Source: a virus. From it: a stretch of DNA of 64,000 nt. The notes under the pieces were generated by a model. The model made no database searches and was not told the origin of the DNA. It saw only the letters and a program-made list of their open reading frames with translations. The DNA lies in the IMG/VR virus record IMGVR_UViG_3300043773_000401, positions 32,001 through 96,000 of that record, one strand, 5' to 3'. Position 1 is the first letter of the stretch, and each line of letters begins with the position of its first letter. A program made the position numbers and the translations under genes. Positions 1-12,100 of the stretch are shown here, piece after piece.

Positions 1-102
1 ACAATGAACTCTCTTACTTTTACTGATATAGATTTTACTGATGATATAAAGAGTAAGATAATTCTAGATCCTGTAGTAGAAGAAAAATTAGAACAACTAT
101 GA
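1..102 (+). CDS. 3' end of an upstream hypothetical gene (partial)
   Basis: Frame 1 is open from base 1 (TMNSLTFTDIDFTDDIKSKIILDPVVEEKLEQL) to TGA at 100-102, which overlaps the next start as ATGA. Confidence 0.6.
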   Translation, partial: TMNSLTFTDIDFTDDIKSKIILDPVVEEKLEQL

Positions 103-1166
103 TAAACACAGAAGTTAATGCTATTAGACTAGAAGAAGAATTTTATGGTAGGTATCACTACTTTAGTTATTCAGCAATTAACAGACTGTTATTCTCACCT
201 AAGTTATTTTACAATCACTATATTCTTGGTGAAAGAGAAGATAAATTAGAATCTCATTTGATAGAGGGCAAGGTTATCCATTGCCTTCTATTAGATAGAG
301 ATAAGTTTGAAGAGCAGTTTGCATTGTCACCGGATAAACTTCCAACTGATAGTGTGAAGACTGTAATAGATAGAGTATATAACTATCATATGCAGCAAGT
401 TAAAGAAGGCTTCTCAGTAGAGACTGCCACATTAGATTATTATGCAGATATAATTTTACAGACTCTAGTAGAAGTAAACTTGCATCAAGCATTAACAGAT
501 GATAAGAAAGCAGATAAAGAAGGGGTCCAAAAGACCGGAGACCAAAAGAGATTAGAGAAAGTTATAACAGATCAAACAGCTAGTTACTTTGAGTTCTTAA
601 AGATAAAAGAAAAGAGAGACATAATAGATCAAGCAACGTATAATAAATGTATGGATATTGTTTCTATACTGGAGCAAGATCCTAAAGTAAGAATGTTACT
701 GAATCTTGATGATGATGGGAGAACTACATTTAATGAGTATCCATTATCCTTTGAATCTAAAGCTCACGGTTTTGGGTTTAAAGGTATAGTAGATAATTTC
801 TCTATAGACTTTGCTCACCGCAAGATTTATATTAATGACCTAAAGACATCTGCCAAGTCAATTGATAAGTTTCCTGAAAGTGTAGAATATTACAAGTACA
901 ATCTCCAAGCTATTATGTATGTCAGATTAGTATCATGGTATATAGAGAATCATTTTGGTATTGATGTAGATGGTACATGGACTATAGACTTACATTTTGT
1001 AGTAATAGATCCGTACAAGCAGGTCTATGCTTACAAAGTATCTGATGATACTATGGTTAGATGGTTAGATGAGTTCTCTGATGTACTTAAGAAGGTTCAG
1101 TGGCATTATGACAACAGAAGATATGACTTACCCTATAGTTTAGCTGTTGATAACTTAACACTGTAA
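99..1166 (+). CDS. PD-(D/E)XK exonuclease (RecE/exonuclease VIII, Cas4-like fold)
   Basis: N-terminal FSYSAINRL and GKVIHCLLL; catalytic E(YP)...GIVD...DLKT; YNLQAIMY (QxxxY) motif. Confidence 0.85.
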   Translation: MINTEVNAIRLEEEFYGRYHYFSYSAINRLLFSPKLFYNHYILGEREDKLESHLIEGKVIHCLLLDRDKFEEQFALSPDKLPTDSVKTVIDRVYNYHMQQVKEGFSVETATLDYYADIILQTLVEVNLHQALTDDKKADKEGVQKTGDQKRLEKVITDQTASYFEFLKIKEKRDIIDQATYNKCMDIVSILEQDPKVRMLLNLDDDGRTTFNEYPLSFESKAHGFGFKGIVDNFSIDFAHRKIYINDLKTSAKSIDKFPESVEYYKYNLQAIMYVRLVSWYIENHFGIDVDGTWTIDLHFVVIDPYKQVYAYKVSDDTMVRWLDEFSDVLKKVQWHYDNRRYDLPYSLAVDNLTL

Positions 1167-1173
1167 ATACCAT

Positions 1174-1743
1174 ATGAGCAAAATTAAGGACTTATATCGG
1201 AACTATTTTCAAAAGTCTAGGATATTTTTATATCCAGCATTAGACATAAAGAAGGGTAATAGTGTTACTCCTATTGAAACCTATATATCTTGGAAAGGAT
1301 ATGTAGAACAAACAGACCGGAGGTTAATCTGTCTCTATCATCTAAGAAATGATGTAGAATATAGAACCTTTGAGAAATCCAAGTTACTAAAGAGTAGTTT
1401 ATTTGAAGACTTTAGAGAAGTAGAGGGTGGTAAAGGAGTGTATATATTTAACTATGACATGTATAGTAAAGACTGGCAGCATTTTCTGAATGGTGAGTAT
1501 TCTAAATTTAGTTTCCCACTAAAGAAGAAGATCAGAGACTTTATAGGCTCAGCATCTAGTAACTCTGTATATGTAGATAGTTATTTGTATCCTGAGAAGT
1601 ATTATAGAATATATGCAGATATACTTGGTGTAGATGAAGATACTCTTAGATCTACTGGGCAATTATGTGATAAACCAGATTTTAACAAAGAATTGTTAGA
1701 AATATCTGTAAAAGATTTGCAAATAAATAAAATTATCACTTAA
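1174..1743 (+). CDS. hypothetical protein
   Basis: 189-aa ORF tightly packed in the replication operon; no motif recognised. Confidence 0.75.
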   Translation: MSKIKDLYRNYFQKSRIFLYPALDIKKGNSVTPIETYISWKGYVEQTDRRLICLYHLRNDVEYRTFEKSKLLKSSLFEDFREVEGGKGVYIFNYDMYSKDWQHFLNGEYSKFSFPLKKKIRDFIGSASSNSVYVDSYLYPEKYYRIYADILGVDEDTLRSTGQLCDKPDFNKELLEISVKDLQINKIIT

Positions 1744-1748
1744 ATTTG
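1716..1748 (+). promoter_or_regulatory. Bacteroidota primary-sigma promoter (-33 TTTG, -7 TAnnTTTG)
   Basis: TTTG at 1716-1719, 21-nt spacer, TAAATTTG at 1741-1748; exact match to the Bacteroidota consensus, upstream of ATG 1772. Confidence 0.7.
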
Positions 1749-1771
1749 TGCTCTATTAAAAACCAAAGTAT

Positions 1772-2170
1772 ATGAATTCAATGATGTTAGTATCTGGTAC
1801 ATTCCAGAACATCCCAACTTTTAGAATGATCCCATTAACTAAAGAGTGTCCATATGTAGAGGCATACTATAATCCTATGTATAATGTACTAGGTATTGTA
1901 TCTCTAAATAAGAAAGCAGCTTTACATCTTACTAATAAGTTAGATGATAATGGAGATCCTATATTGAGAAAGGATTTTAAAGCTAGAGAAGAACAGAAGC
2001 AATCTCCTTATAAACAACACAAGGTTACCTTGGAAAACTATGAAGAATTCTTTATTACAAATAGAGATGAGATCAAGTGGTTTATTGAGAAGTTTGCAGC
2101 TAACATGAATGAATTTGACTATAGTAAATATCTTACTAGTATTGCAGCAGAAGAAGTTCCTGCTCCATAA
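1772..2170 (+). CDS. hypothetical protein
   Basis: 132-aa ORF with its own promoter, A-rich leader and downstream terminator. Confidence 0.75.
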   Translation: MNSMMLVSGTFQNIPTFRMIPLTKECPYVEAYYNPMYNVLGIVSLNKKAALHLTNKLDDNGDPILRKDFKAREEQKQSPYKQHKVTLENYEEFFITNRDEIKWFIEKFAANMNEFDYSKYLTSIAAEEVPAP

Positions 2171-2206
2171 CTGGTATTAAATTAATGTGTTTGGCGACTG
2201 ATAACT

Positions 2207-2234
2207 AGGGGGTAGAAATATCCCCTTTTTATTT
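2207..2234 (+). terminator. intrinsic terminator
   Basis: AGGGGGTA-GAAA-TATCCCCT hairpin with a GNRA loop, followed by TTTTATTT. Confidence 0.8.
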
Positions 2235-2272
2235 AATTATAACGGGGAGACAGCTTAACTGAATAAAACATT

Positions 2273-4267
2273 ATGGAGAAAAAGTCACATTGGGTAATGG
2301 ACTATGAGACTTTATTGAATTGCTTTGTAGCTGTATTTGAGCACTATAAAGAAGATGAGATAAAGATATTTGTAGTATCCAGACTAAGAAATGATATAAA
2401 GGAGCTATACAAGTTCCTAGAAAGAAACAAGGCTAATAGAGAGTATCACATATCTTTCAATGGTTTAGGATTTGACTCACAGATAACTGAGTTTATACTA
2501 AATAACAAGAAGAGTTTTATAGAAGGTGATCCTCAATATATTGCCAACATGATCCATGAGAAAGCTAATGAGATAATATCATCTCAAGAACGTGGAGAAT
2601 TTTTAGAGTTTAGTGAAGGCAAGCTTAGCATCCCACAGATTGATGTATTTAAACTTAATCACTGGGATAATCCAGCAAAGAGATCTAGTCTAAAGTGGAT
2701 ACAATATAGTATGGATTGGTATAATATTCAAGAGATGCCTATCCATCATAGTAGTTATATAGATAAAATGAAAGATCTAGAAACTATTATTGGTTATTGT
2801 ATTAATGATGTTAGGTCTACTAAACAGATATATAACCTATCAAAAGATTTGGTAGGACTTAGAAAAGCATTAACAGAACAATACAATCTTAAACTTTATA
2901 GTGCATCTGAACCAAGGATAGCTAAAGAGATATTCCTGGAGTTGTTATGTAGAGATCTTAAACTTCCTAAGTATGATGTAAGACAATACAGAACTAATAG
3001 AAGCAAGATAAAAGTAAAAGATATAATATTACCTTATATAAAATTTAGAACCCCGGAGTTTCAGAGTATCCTAGAAAACTTTAACAAGTTAGTTATTGAT
3101 CCACAGAATACTAAGGGAGGATTCAAGTATTCAATTACTCACAAGAAAGTAAGAACTGATTTTGGTCTAGGTGGTGTTCATGGTGCAAAGGAAGCAGGAG
3201 AATATGCAGCAAGTGAAGATATGATAATCATGACTTCAGATGTTACTAGCTTCTATCCTAACCTAGCTATTAGAAATAAATGGGCTCCAGCACACTTATC
3301 TAAAGATGTATTTTGTCAGTTGTATGAATGGTTCTTTGAGGAAAGAAAAAAGATACCCAAGAAAGATCCAAGAAATTATGTATACAAGATTATATTGAAT
3401 TCAACTTATGGTTTGAGCAATGACCGTAATAGTTTTCTATATGATCCAGAGTTTACAATGAAGATTACCATTAATGGTCAATTGAGTCTGATGATGTTGT
3501 ATGAGATGTTGTCTACAGGTATCCCAGAGTCTAAGCCTTTGATGCAGAATACAGATGGTCTAGAGATGATAATCCCAAGACAGTACAAAGAGAAGTATCT
3601 AGAGATATGCAAAGAGTGGGAAGATATGACTCAGCTACAATTAGAGCATGATGAGTATCAGAAACTATTCTTAGCAGATGTGAATAATTATATTGCTGTA
3701 AATAACTACAAGGAAGTATCTAAAGAAGTGTATGAGGAAGTAAAATCTAGCAGCCCTCATTATCTATTCAAGGAAGAATCTAGTAAATATTTCTATGCAG
3801 CTACTAAATGTAAAGGTAGATTTGAGTTTCATGGTCTGCCGTTACACAAGAATAAAAGCTATCTAGTAATTAGAAAAGCAGTATATAACTATTTTGTTCA
3901 TAGTATAGCTCCTACAGATTATCTAGAACAGAATAGAAATATTTATGATTATTGTGCTGGTGTAAAAATAAAAGGAGACTGGCACTTTCAAAGTATATGT
4001 TACAAGAATGGCAAGCTTATAGAGCAGGATCTACAGAACATCTTAAGATATTATATATCTGATAATGGATGTAAGATTCTTAAGAAGCACAAAACTGATA
4101 ATAGAGTTATCCAATTAGAAAGTGGTAACTGGTTACAGACAGTGTTTAATACTCTAGAGAAGAAGCCATGGGAAGAATATCATATTAATCTTGATTACTA
4201 TATGAAAGAGATTAATAAGGAGATTCACAATATCACAATTAGTAAAAATCAATTAAAATTATTTTAG
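2273..4267 (+). CDS. polB: DNA polymerase, family B
   Basis: ExoI MDYET, ExoII FNGLGFD, ExoIII YCINDV; polymerase motifs SDVTSFYPN, KIILNSTYG and NTDG. Confidence 0.95.
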   Translation: MEKKSHWVMDYETLLNCFVAVFEHYKEDEIKIFVVSRLRNDIKELYKFLERNKANREYHISFNGLGFDSQITEFILNNKKSFIEGDPQYIANMIHEKANEIISSQERGEFLEFSEGKLSIPQIDVFKLNHWDNPAKRSSLKWIQYSMDWYNIQEMPIHHSSYIDKMKDLETIIGYCINDVRSTKQIYNLSKDLVGLRKALTEQYNLKLYSASEPRIAKEIFLELLCRDLKLPKYDVRQYRTNRSKIKVKDIILPYIKFRTPEFQSILENFNKLVIDPQNTKGGFKYSITHKKVRTDFGLGGVHGAKEAGEYAASEDMIIMTSDVTSFYPNLAIRNKWAPAHLSKDVFCQLYEWFFEERKKIPKKDPRNYVYKIILNSTYGLSNDRNSFLYDPEFTMKITINGQLSLMMLYEMLSTGIPESKPLMQNTDGLEMIIPRQYKEKYLEICKEWEDMTQLQLEHDEYQKLFLADVNNYIAVNNYKEVSKEVYEEVKSSSPHYLFKEESSKYFYAATKCKGRFEFHGLPLHKNKSYLVIRKAVYNYFVHSIAPTDYLEQNRNIYDYCAGVKIKGDWHFQSICYKNGKLIEQDLQNILRYYISDNGCKILKKHKTDNRVIQLESGNWLQTVFNTLEKKPWEEYHINLDYYMKEINKEIHNITISKNQLKLF

Positions 4268-4268
4268 T

Positions 4269-5114
4269 ATGCCAACAAAAATTGGATGGTCAACAAGGGG
4301 ATATATAGAAAGTATCCCCTTACCTAATCATGGTAGCACTTATACAGTAATACCACACAAAGACGTAATAGAAAAAGTATATGAGACATTTGCTGCTAAT
4401 AACTTAGTAGTAGAGAAAGAACTTTACCGTGTAACACTTAATGGTAATGTAGCTTCTGCAGTATATCATTTAAAGTCAGATTTAATAGATGATCCAGAGT
4501 TAGGTTTAATCTTCTTCTGGCTTAATAGTTATGATAAGTCTAGAGCATTTACATGTTCAGTAGGAGCATATAATAAAAATAAAGATGTGTATTATATCAA
4601 AGGAGATATATCATCTTGGGTTAGAAGACACAGAGGTGAAGCTGATAAAGAGTATGGTCTAAATATAACTAATCAGATAGACATAGCTAATGATTACTTC
4701 ACTGCAATTATTAAGGACAGAAATAGCATGATGCGGGTAAAAGTATCTGAAAAGGATATTGCTCATATTATGGGAGAAGCTTACTTTACTCATGAAATAT
4801 TATCTACTGATCAAGCAACAGGATTTATTAATTTAAGTAAAGATAAGAATTCTATCTTTAATAAAACAGAAACTTTGTGGGAATTATATACTAAGATTAG
4901 TTTCTGTATAAAGTCCTCACACCCAAGTAAATGGTTCAATAATCAGTGTAACTTACATGATTTAGTAATGACAAATTATTGTAAATTATCAACAAATGAT
5001 GATCAACTTCCAGGTCAATTATCTATATTTGATGTGATTGAGGATACTACTGAGTTAGTTCCTGAATTAGAAACTCAAAAAGATTATTTTGATTTAACTG
5101 ATTATGGCCTTTAA
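4269..5114 (+). CDS. DUF932/DUF945-like phage protein
   Basis: Pattern YTVIPH...NSYDKS...RRH resembles DUF932 (recalled, not searched); acidic C-terminal tail. Confidence 0.55.
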   Translation: MPTKIGWSTRGYIESIPLPNHGSTYTVIPHKDVIEKVYETFAANNLVVEKELYRVTLNGNVASAVYHLKSDLIDDPELGLIFFWLNSYDKSRAFTCSVGAYNKNKDVYYIKGDISSWVRRHRGEADKEYGLNITNQIDIANDYFTAIIKDRNSMMRVKVSEKDIAHIMGEAYFTHEILSTDQATGFINLSKDKNSIFNKTETLWELYTKISFCIKSSHPSKWFNNQCNLHDLVMTNYCKLSTNDDQLPGQLSIFDVIEDTTELVPELETQKDYFDLTDYGL

Positions 5115-5403
5115 AACAGGACAATTAATAGTATGTGTAGATGATAGCATTCCTCCTACTGCAGTTCTTAATAGCTTTAGTAGCTGGATTAAGAAGAATG
5201 CTATCTATACAGTAAGAGAGTTTAAGTTTATGTCTCTATTAGGAGAGTATGCAGTATACTTAAAAGAGATAGAAAATGATCCAATCTATATTGAGCAACT
5301 AGGTACTAAAGTAGAGCCCGGTTACAGAGCATCTAGATTTAGACCTTTAGAGGAAATACTACAAGAAGATTTGGATGTTATAGAACAAGAAGTATCTTTG
5401 TAA
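5104..5403 (+). CDS. hypothetical protein (small beta-rich, FKTGQLIVCVD type)
   Basis: 99-aa ORF overlapping the upstream stop region. Confidence 0.7.
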   Translation: MAFKTGQLIVCVDDSIPPTAVLNSFSSWIKKNAIYTVREFKFMSLLGEYAVYLKEIENDPIYIEQLGTKVEPGYRASRFRPLEEILQEDLDVIEQEVSL

Positions 5404-5415
5404 AAACTAACAAAA

Positions 5416-6057
5416 ATGATAATAGGTTTAAGTGGCAGAATGGGTTCTGGTAAGGACACAGCTGCAGTAATTATGATGAAGCTACTCTATGATTTAAACA
5501 ATGAAGAGTGGCACAACAAGAAGTTTGCTAACAAGTTAAAGTTAGTAACGGCTATCTTAACAGGAACTCCTTTACACTATCTAGAGAGTCAAGAGATCAA
5601 AGCTATGGAGATGCCAGATTGCTGGGACTATAACTATGATCTTATTGATCATGATAATCAACAGATTATAGGTAGAGGTATAGTAAAACTAGAAGATAGA
5701 AGAAAGAAATATACTTATAGAGAGTTCTTACAAAGAGTAGGAACAGAAGCTATGAGAAATGGTATTCATCAGAATGTGTGGGTTAATGCCTTGTTTGCAG
5801 ATTATGATGAGGAAGAAAATAAAAGTAAGTGGATTATCTCTGATGTAAGATTCAAGAATGAAGCTGAAGCTGTAAAGCAACTAGGAGGTATTATTATCCG
5901 TATAGAAAGAGATCTACCAGAAGTAGAGAATAGCAATCATCCTTCAGAGCATGACTTAGATAACTGGGAGTTTGACTATACAGTTACTAATAATGGTACT
6001 AAAGATGAACTAGCTGAGAAATTAAAAGAGATCTTGTTACAAGCAAAGATTCTATAA
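5416..6057 (+). CDS. deoxynucleoside monophosphate kinase (T4 gp1-like)
   Basis: IIGLSGRMGSGKDT P-loop, FANKLK, REFLQRVGTE, ISDVRFKNEA, HPSE, NNGT. Confidence 0.9.
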   Translation: MIIGLSGRMGSGKDTAAVIMMKLLYDLNNEEWHNKKFANKLKLVTAILTGTPLHYLESQEIKAMEMPDCWDYNYDLIDHDNQQIIGRGIVKLEDRRKKYTYREFLQRVGTEAMRNGIHQNVWVNALFADYDEEENKSKWIISDVRFKNEAEAVKQLGGIIIRIERDLPEVENSNHPSEHDLDNWEFDYTVTNNGTKDELAEKLKEILLQAKIL

Positions 6058-6079
6058 TAATTGTTCGTGTGTTTGGATT

Positions 6080-6116
6080 AAAGGGTAGGTTTTGATAGCC
6101 TACCCTTTTTTCTTTT
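6080..6116. terminator. bidirectional intrinsic terminator between the convergent replication and virion modules
   Basis: AAAGGGTAGGTT-ttgat-AGCCTACCCTTT hairpin with a long T tract on the right and a short A tract on the left. Confidence 0.85.
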
Positions 6117-9100
6117 TATCTATTTCTTATAGATGTAATAGTTTTAAGATATTCTTCTGGAGATAGTGTACTACCTGTAAATCCATAAGTAGATAATATA
6201 TCTTTTAGAACTTTAGGTGAACCTTCTTTCTGCCATTCATATGGTCCAACATCTCTTTTATAGAATGCTCTTTCATCACCTGTAGCTAATCTATAAAGAT
6301 CTGTAATTGCATCTGACCATTTTTCTACTGTAGCACCTATTGCAATTGATTCTAACTTTGCCATGTTTAATAATTCTCTTCTTCCTAGTATAGGATTAAA
6401 GAGTTCATTCTCACTTCTTACCTGGATCATCATAAGTAGTGCATGGTTTTCTAACCATCCTTTTAAGTTAAACTCATATCTGTCATCTTCAGGAGCAAAT
6501 AAAAACGGCATAGGTCCACTCTTTTCTCTAAGCTTTCTGTATCTGTCTTCATCATCTGGGTCATAACCAAATAAGAATGGTAATAAAGCAATCATACCAT
6601 ATAGAGTAAACATCTCTACAAACATTCTAAAGGTAAGTAGTTTTTCTCTAGTATCCATCATGTGTCTATACTGACCTTGAGTTCTTATTAGTCGGTATAT
6701 ATTTCTCATACCTTCTAAGTACCATCCCATATCTGTATCAGTAGCTGCTACATTATATCTAGGCATTGGATCCCATACATTACCTCTAAACTGAAAACGT
6801 GACATTAATATTCTTGTGATGAATCTCTTTAAGAAGGCAACAAATCTGTATAGTAGATATCTTTGAGCATCTGGGTTTTCAAATGCAGAGTTACCACCAG
6901 CTACTTTATTCTGTACATCATGCATTCTATTAATGAAGGTTTTATATTTCGTACCACCAATACCCCATTCTTTATCTATACCATCTCTTAATTTGATTTG
7001 GTTTTTATCATCTAGTACCCAAGCCTCCATGTATGGTATCATTTTCTTTACCCCATTCTCAGTAATCTCTACCATTTGACCATACATCATAGCACCATAT
7101 ACTGATAGAGCAGACTGAAGTTCTAACCACTTTCTTGTATTAAGAAGAACACCTTGATAGTTCATTACATCTTTTAGTAATGTTCTAGTTATTCTCTCAT
7201 CCATTTTACTTTCATATCTACCCTGAGATGGATCAAATATTTCTACCTTCTGAAGTTCTAAACTATGTGGACCACGGTTATAAATATTCATGGATAGCTG
7301 TAACATGGTCTTAGAAGCCCATGCATTACCCTTAGCTAGATCTTTTGTGTTATAGTATTTACCACCAACACCTTCTAAGAATGCTTGGTATTGAGCTCCA
7401 AAGTTATTCTTTAATGCAGAAGGTACGTTAAGTGCAAAGAATCCCATACTAGCTCTTCTGAATAAGAAGTCAGAGAACTTATTTAATCCCTGCCATTCTG
7501 CAGTAGGACCAGCTTGTAATACTCCTTCAAATTCTCTTTCAAATAAGTTATCTATTACTTTAGCTCTCAGGTTCTCTCCTTTCTTGTTTAAGAATACCAT
7601 ACGTCCTAGATTTTTAAAAGCACTTTTGTAGAACCTGGACATATCTTTATTTTTCTTAGGAGCATTAGTGTTAGGATCTTTAACTGCTTCTTGTATACCT
7701 TTAGCAAAAGGAAGCATCTTAAGTTTAACCTTATGTTTTTCTCCAGAGAGCATGTATCTCATCACACTATTAATAACATTTAGAGATACTATTTCATGAT
7801 CAATATAGTTCTTACCATCTATAGGTACACGGGTATCATTTTCATCAAACATATCCATGTTAGTCATTACTACCTCATCTTCAAAGTTCTGACCATTTAA
7901 GTAGCCATCTTTGGTAGCCGTGAATATATTTTTGATAGACTCCCATATATTCTTAACTGTCTTTCTAGTACCATTTAATTGGAATGTTTCTAGTGATCCC
8001 ATTCTATATCTAGGTACATCCAAGTATAGTTTTGCATTTAAGCTTAATCCTTCCTGGTACTTTAGATAGAAGTCAGTAAGTTTCTGTAAAGCTTCAAAGT
8101 AATTTCTTTTTGAAGGATCTTCTTTAAGCTCATAATACTTCTCATTGATATATCTTAGATGTTCATTAGGATCAGATGGATCAAATTCTTCAGGATAAGC
8201 TTGTCTATAAGCTATCATGTCTTCTTTATTCTTAGGAAGCCATTGACCTCTGTTATCTATAGTTTTATAGACAGTTCTTTCAGTATTAGCATATGCTTCA
8301 TTCTCTACTCTTTTCTTAAACTTAAGACTAGGAACTCTATAGATAGTTTGTTCTACACCATTCTCATCTAAGATAACAGTAGATTCTTTATATTTATTAT
8401 CAGTAGGTTCAGTATAACTATAAGCATTTCTTCTTACTACTTGTTTTTTATATCCTTTAGATTTCTTATCATACTTTCTAGCAACTCTATGAGTCTTATT
8501 AAACCATGCTCTCAGATTTTCATTACCTGGTAATTGTATAAATGATAATTGTTTACCTTCACTTTCATATCTAGGAGTAATGATAGCTTTTTCAAAAGCA
8601 TCTAACAATCCTTTTTCATAAAGCTTATCTACATCTGTAATAGTTTCACCTAGATCATTAGTAAAGATTTCATATAAAATAGTTCTTAACTGGAATGGTT
8701 GACTAGGATCATCTTGTATGTTCTTTAACTGAGCAGCAAATTGATTTAGATAATAGTTACTTGGTTTAATAGTTTCTAAATCTTCAAGTTCTTTAAATAA
8801 AGATTCTAAAGCTAGTTTTTCTTCATCAGTTAAACCATTTTTAGCTTGACCAGAGTCTTTAAAGTCTTGCATTTTTTGTTCATACATCTCTAGTCTTTCT
8901 ATCTCTTCATCTGTTAGAAGAGCAGATGACATTTGATTTAGATCATAATAATCTCTAGCTTCTGCTTTAGTAAGACCATTACTTGTCAGCTTCTCATCTT
9001 TAAGTTTTTCTAACTGATCTTCAATTTGATTTAACTCTTCTAGTGCTTCAGGACTAAGAGAATCTAGATTAAGCTGTCTGTTATCATCTCTATTACCAGA

Positions 9101-12100
9101 AATAATGTTTGCTCTTCTCCTATATAAGTCAGATATTTCTTTATCTACATCACTAGGTATATTAATCTTATCAGTAAGAATTTTAATAGCATTTAAGATT
9201 CTATTCTTTTCAGCATAGAACTCTTCTTTAATTTTTACTACACTATTAGCTCTTAACCATTGTTCTTTCTTAATATCAAATTGTTCTTTAGTAATCTTAC
9301 CAGAATTTAATTCATAGGTAAGTTTCTCTAGGAAGCTAGAAAAGGCAGCTTGGAATGCACCAGGACGGTCTACATATTTATAGTATTGTCTGGATTTAGT
9401 TCTATATTCAATAAGTCTTTCTGCTATCTTAAGATCTGCACCTTTTTTATCAGTACCATCTGGATATGTAAGAGAGAATAACTGATTGTATTGATCCCAT
9501 GCATCCTCTATAGTTTTCATTTCTACAAAGTCATTAGGATCATCTACTTTCTGAGATAGACTATTAATATTGTTAAGAGCTTCATCTTTAAGTCTCTTAG
9601 CTTCTTGACCAATAGAGTCCTGGAAGAGTTTATTTAAGTCATAGATTTCTCTAGCAAAAGGCTCATAGAAGTATTTTCTTTGCCACTTCTCAAACTCAGC
9701 TTCCATCTTTCTATATGTGCTATAGTCTCCTCTACTTTTAGCTTTTAGTTTTTCTTCTTCTAGTTTATTCTCCCATTCTTTAAGATCATGTCTCCAGTTT
9801 TTATTAGCATTTAAGAAAGTATGTACTTTTCTTTTTTGAAATACTCCTTTCTCATCTACAAAACCATCATCATCTAAGAATGTAAGTATATTACCTAGCT
9901 CTCTAATATTATTAGGGTTGAAGCCTAACTTCTCTAAGATAGGTAGCATCTCAGTAGCAAACTCATTATAGTATCTCTGAGCATTGTTAAGAGCATCTAT
10001 ATAGTTATCTTTGATATACTTTGCTAATCCAAATACTGTAGGATCTTGATTATACATATATCCTTCTAAGTATGAGTTTAAGAAGTTAGCATCATTTAAC
10101 TCACCACCTAGTAGCTTTTTAATTTTATCTTTAATCTGACCATTAGCATCTTTAAGAGTTATATTTGCATACTCATCTTCATAGCTCTTTATTAACCATG
10201 CAGGTTGATTAGTTGACTTAGCAAGATCTATTAGTCTTTTGTATTTCTCATCTATAGCCTCTTGTATAGGACCAAGGATTTCTTCATAGGTTTCAGAAGT
10301 AGTTTCAGTAACTATTTCATTAACTCTTTCTTTAATTCTTCCTACCTTTTCCCCAATTCTAATAACTAAATCATATGTAGCATTCTTATCACTGAGTCTT
10401 TTAGTTACACCATCTACAGTGTACTCAGCATTTCTCATGACTTCTTTTAGTTCAGTAATCATGTTTTCCCAGCTCATAATGATTTTGTTATAGTTCATTA
10501 TCTTAGCAAGGGTATCTTTATTATCTACTGAATCAAAGTCTGTATTAAAATAATTATCCAGCTTCTCTGCCATTATCTCAATCTGGACAAGAGTATTGAT
10601 AACTGCATCTGCTCGGTTCTTAGCTTGTGTTACATCATTTTCTATTTCTTCTAGTTTATCTTCTAGAAGGTTCTGATACTTAGATAAGTTCTTAGTAATA
10701 ATACTATACTGAGCTTCACCAAACTGATCTCTGAATAATTTTGCAATCTCTTTATAGTCTTTATTAAATCTTAACTCTTGAATATGTCTTCTAGTTCTTT
10801 CATATACAATGTTAGCTGCTTGTTGTGCAGTACTGTTCTTAGTTCTTCTATCTACTAACCGGGTAAGTTCTTCTACTTCCTGCTCAGTATTTTTAAAGAA
10901 CATAGCTTCAGTATCTGTTTCTGCAGTAAGCTGGGATAGAGCAAATCTATTACCTTCAACTAACATGTTAGCTAGTGTATCTAGTGAAGTATCTACATCT
11001 AGTGTAGAAACATTTACTTTACCAAATAACTGTCTAAGCATTTTCTTTATAGCTGCCAAGATATCTTTGATTACTTTAGCAAAGCCTTTTTCAATAGGTG
11101 CATTCTGACTTTTAAGGGTTGCCATCCTTCCTAATGCAGTCACTATTACTTCCTCCATAAATGCTGGAGTACCTTCTACTAATTCTTGATATTCAGTCTT
11201 TACATAATCTATAATATCTGGGCTATTAGCTTCTAGACTATCATATAAGTTTTCAAATAACTGTGGGTTACCTTTTCTAATAGCTCTTACTAGTGGGTGA
11301 GAAAACTCATGGAATACCATTTCCATAGTTAGTCTTTCTCCTACAAAGAATACAGTATCACCATAGTAGAAAGCTGGTTCACCATTATACTTATCACCAA
11401 GCATTTGCTTAGCTCTTTCAGCTGTAACTAGTTCATAGTTAACACCTAGGTTAACCATTAACATTTCAGCAAGCTGGGTTAAGTTAGCTGTAGCATTAGC
11501 ATTGTCTACTACTTCTGCAGTTTTAACTGATGTTTCACCAACATCTGGGTTATTACTTCTTTCTGGATTGGTAATTAAAGCTACTTCTTCTATACTTTCC
11601 ACTACTTGATTAGCTTGTTCAAGTTTAGATAATATTACATCTCCTGTTTTATCTTTTTTATTATCTTCTTGATCTCTTCTATATCTTTCTTCGGCAGTTT
11701 GTCTTGTTGATACATCATCAACATCCCTTTGAATATCCCTAGAAGTGTCTCTTTTGACTTCGTCTCCTTCGAAGCTTTCTGATAAATTTCTTGTATTGGA
11801 CTTGTCATATTCTATTTTAAGTTTTACAAATGTATCAAAATGTTTTTTATAAACAGATCTAAATAATCCTTCATATAAAGCATACTTACCAGTGCCATAT
11901 ATTTTACCATATAATATACCTAAAGCAGTTGTAAAATTAGCTCCTTCACCACTTACTGTAGTATGATTAATTTCATGAATTGTTACATGAAGAGCTACGC
12001 CAACTGCTTCTTCTAAAGATTTAACATCAAATGCTAAAGGATTAACAAATATAGCATTAATTATTTTTCTAATATGTATTCCTGCATATTGTTTATCTAT

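Noticed and set aside
99-1166. Cas4/CRISPR interpretation of the nuclease
   Set aside because: It lacks the four-Cys Fe-S pattern, and no repeat-spacer array or other cas gene is visible.
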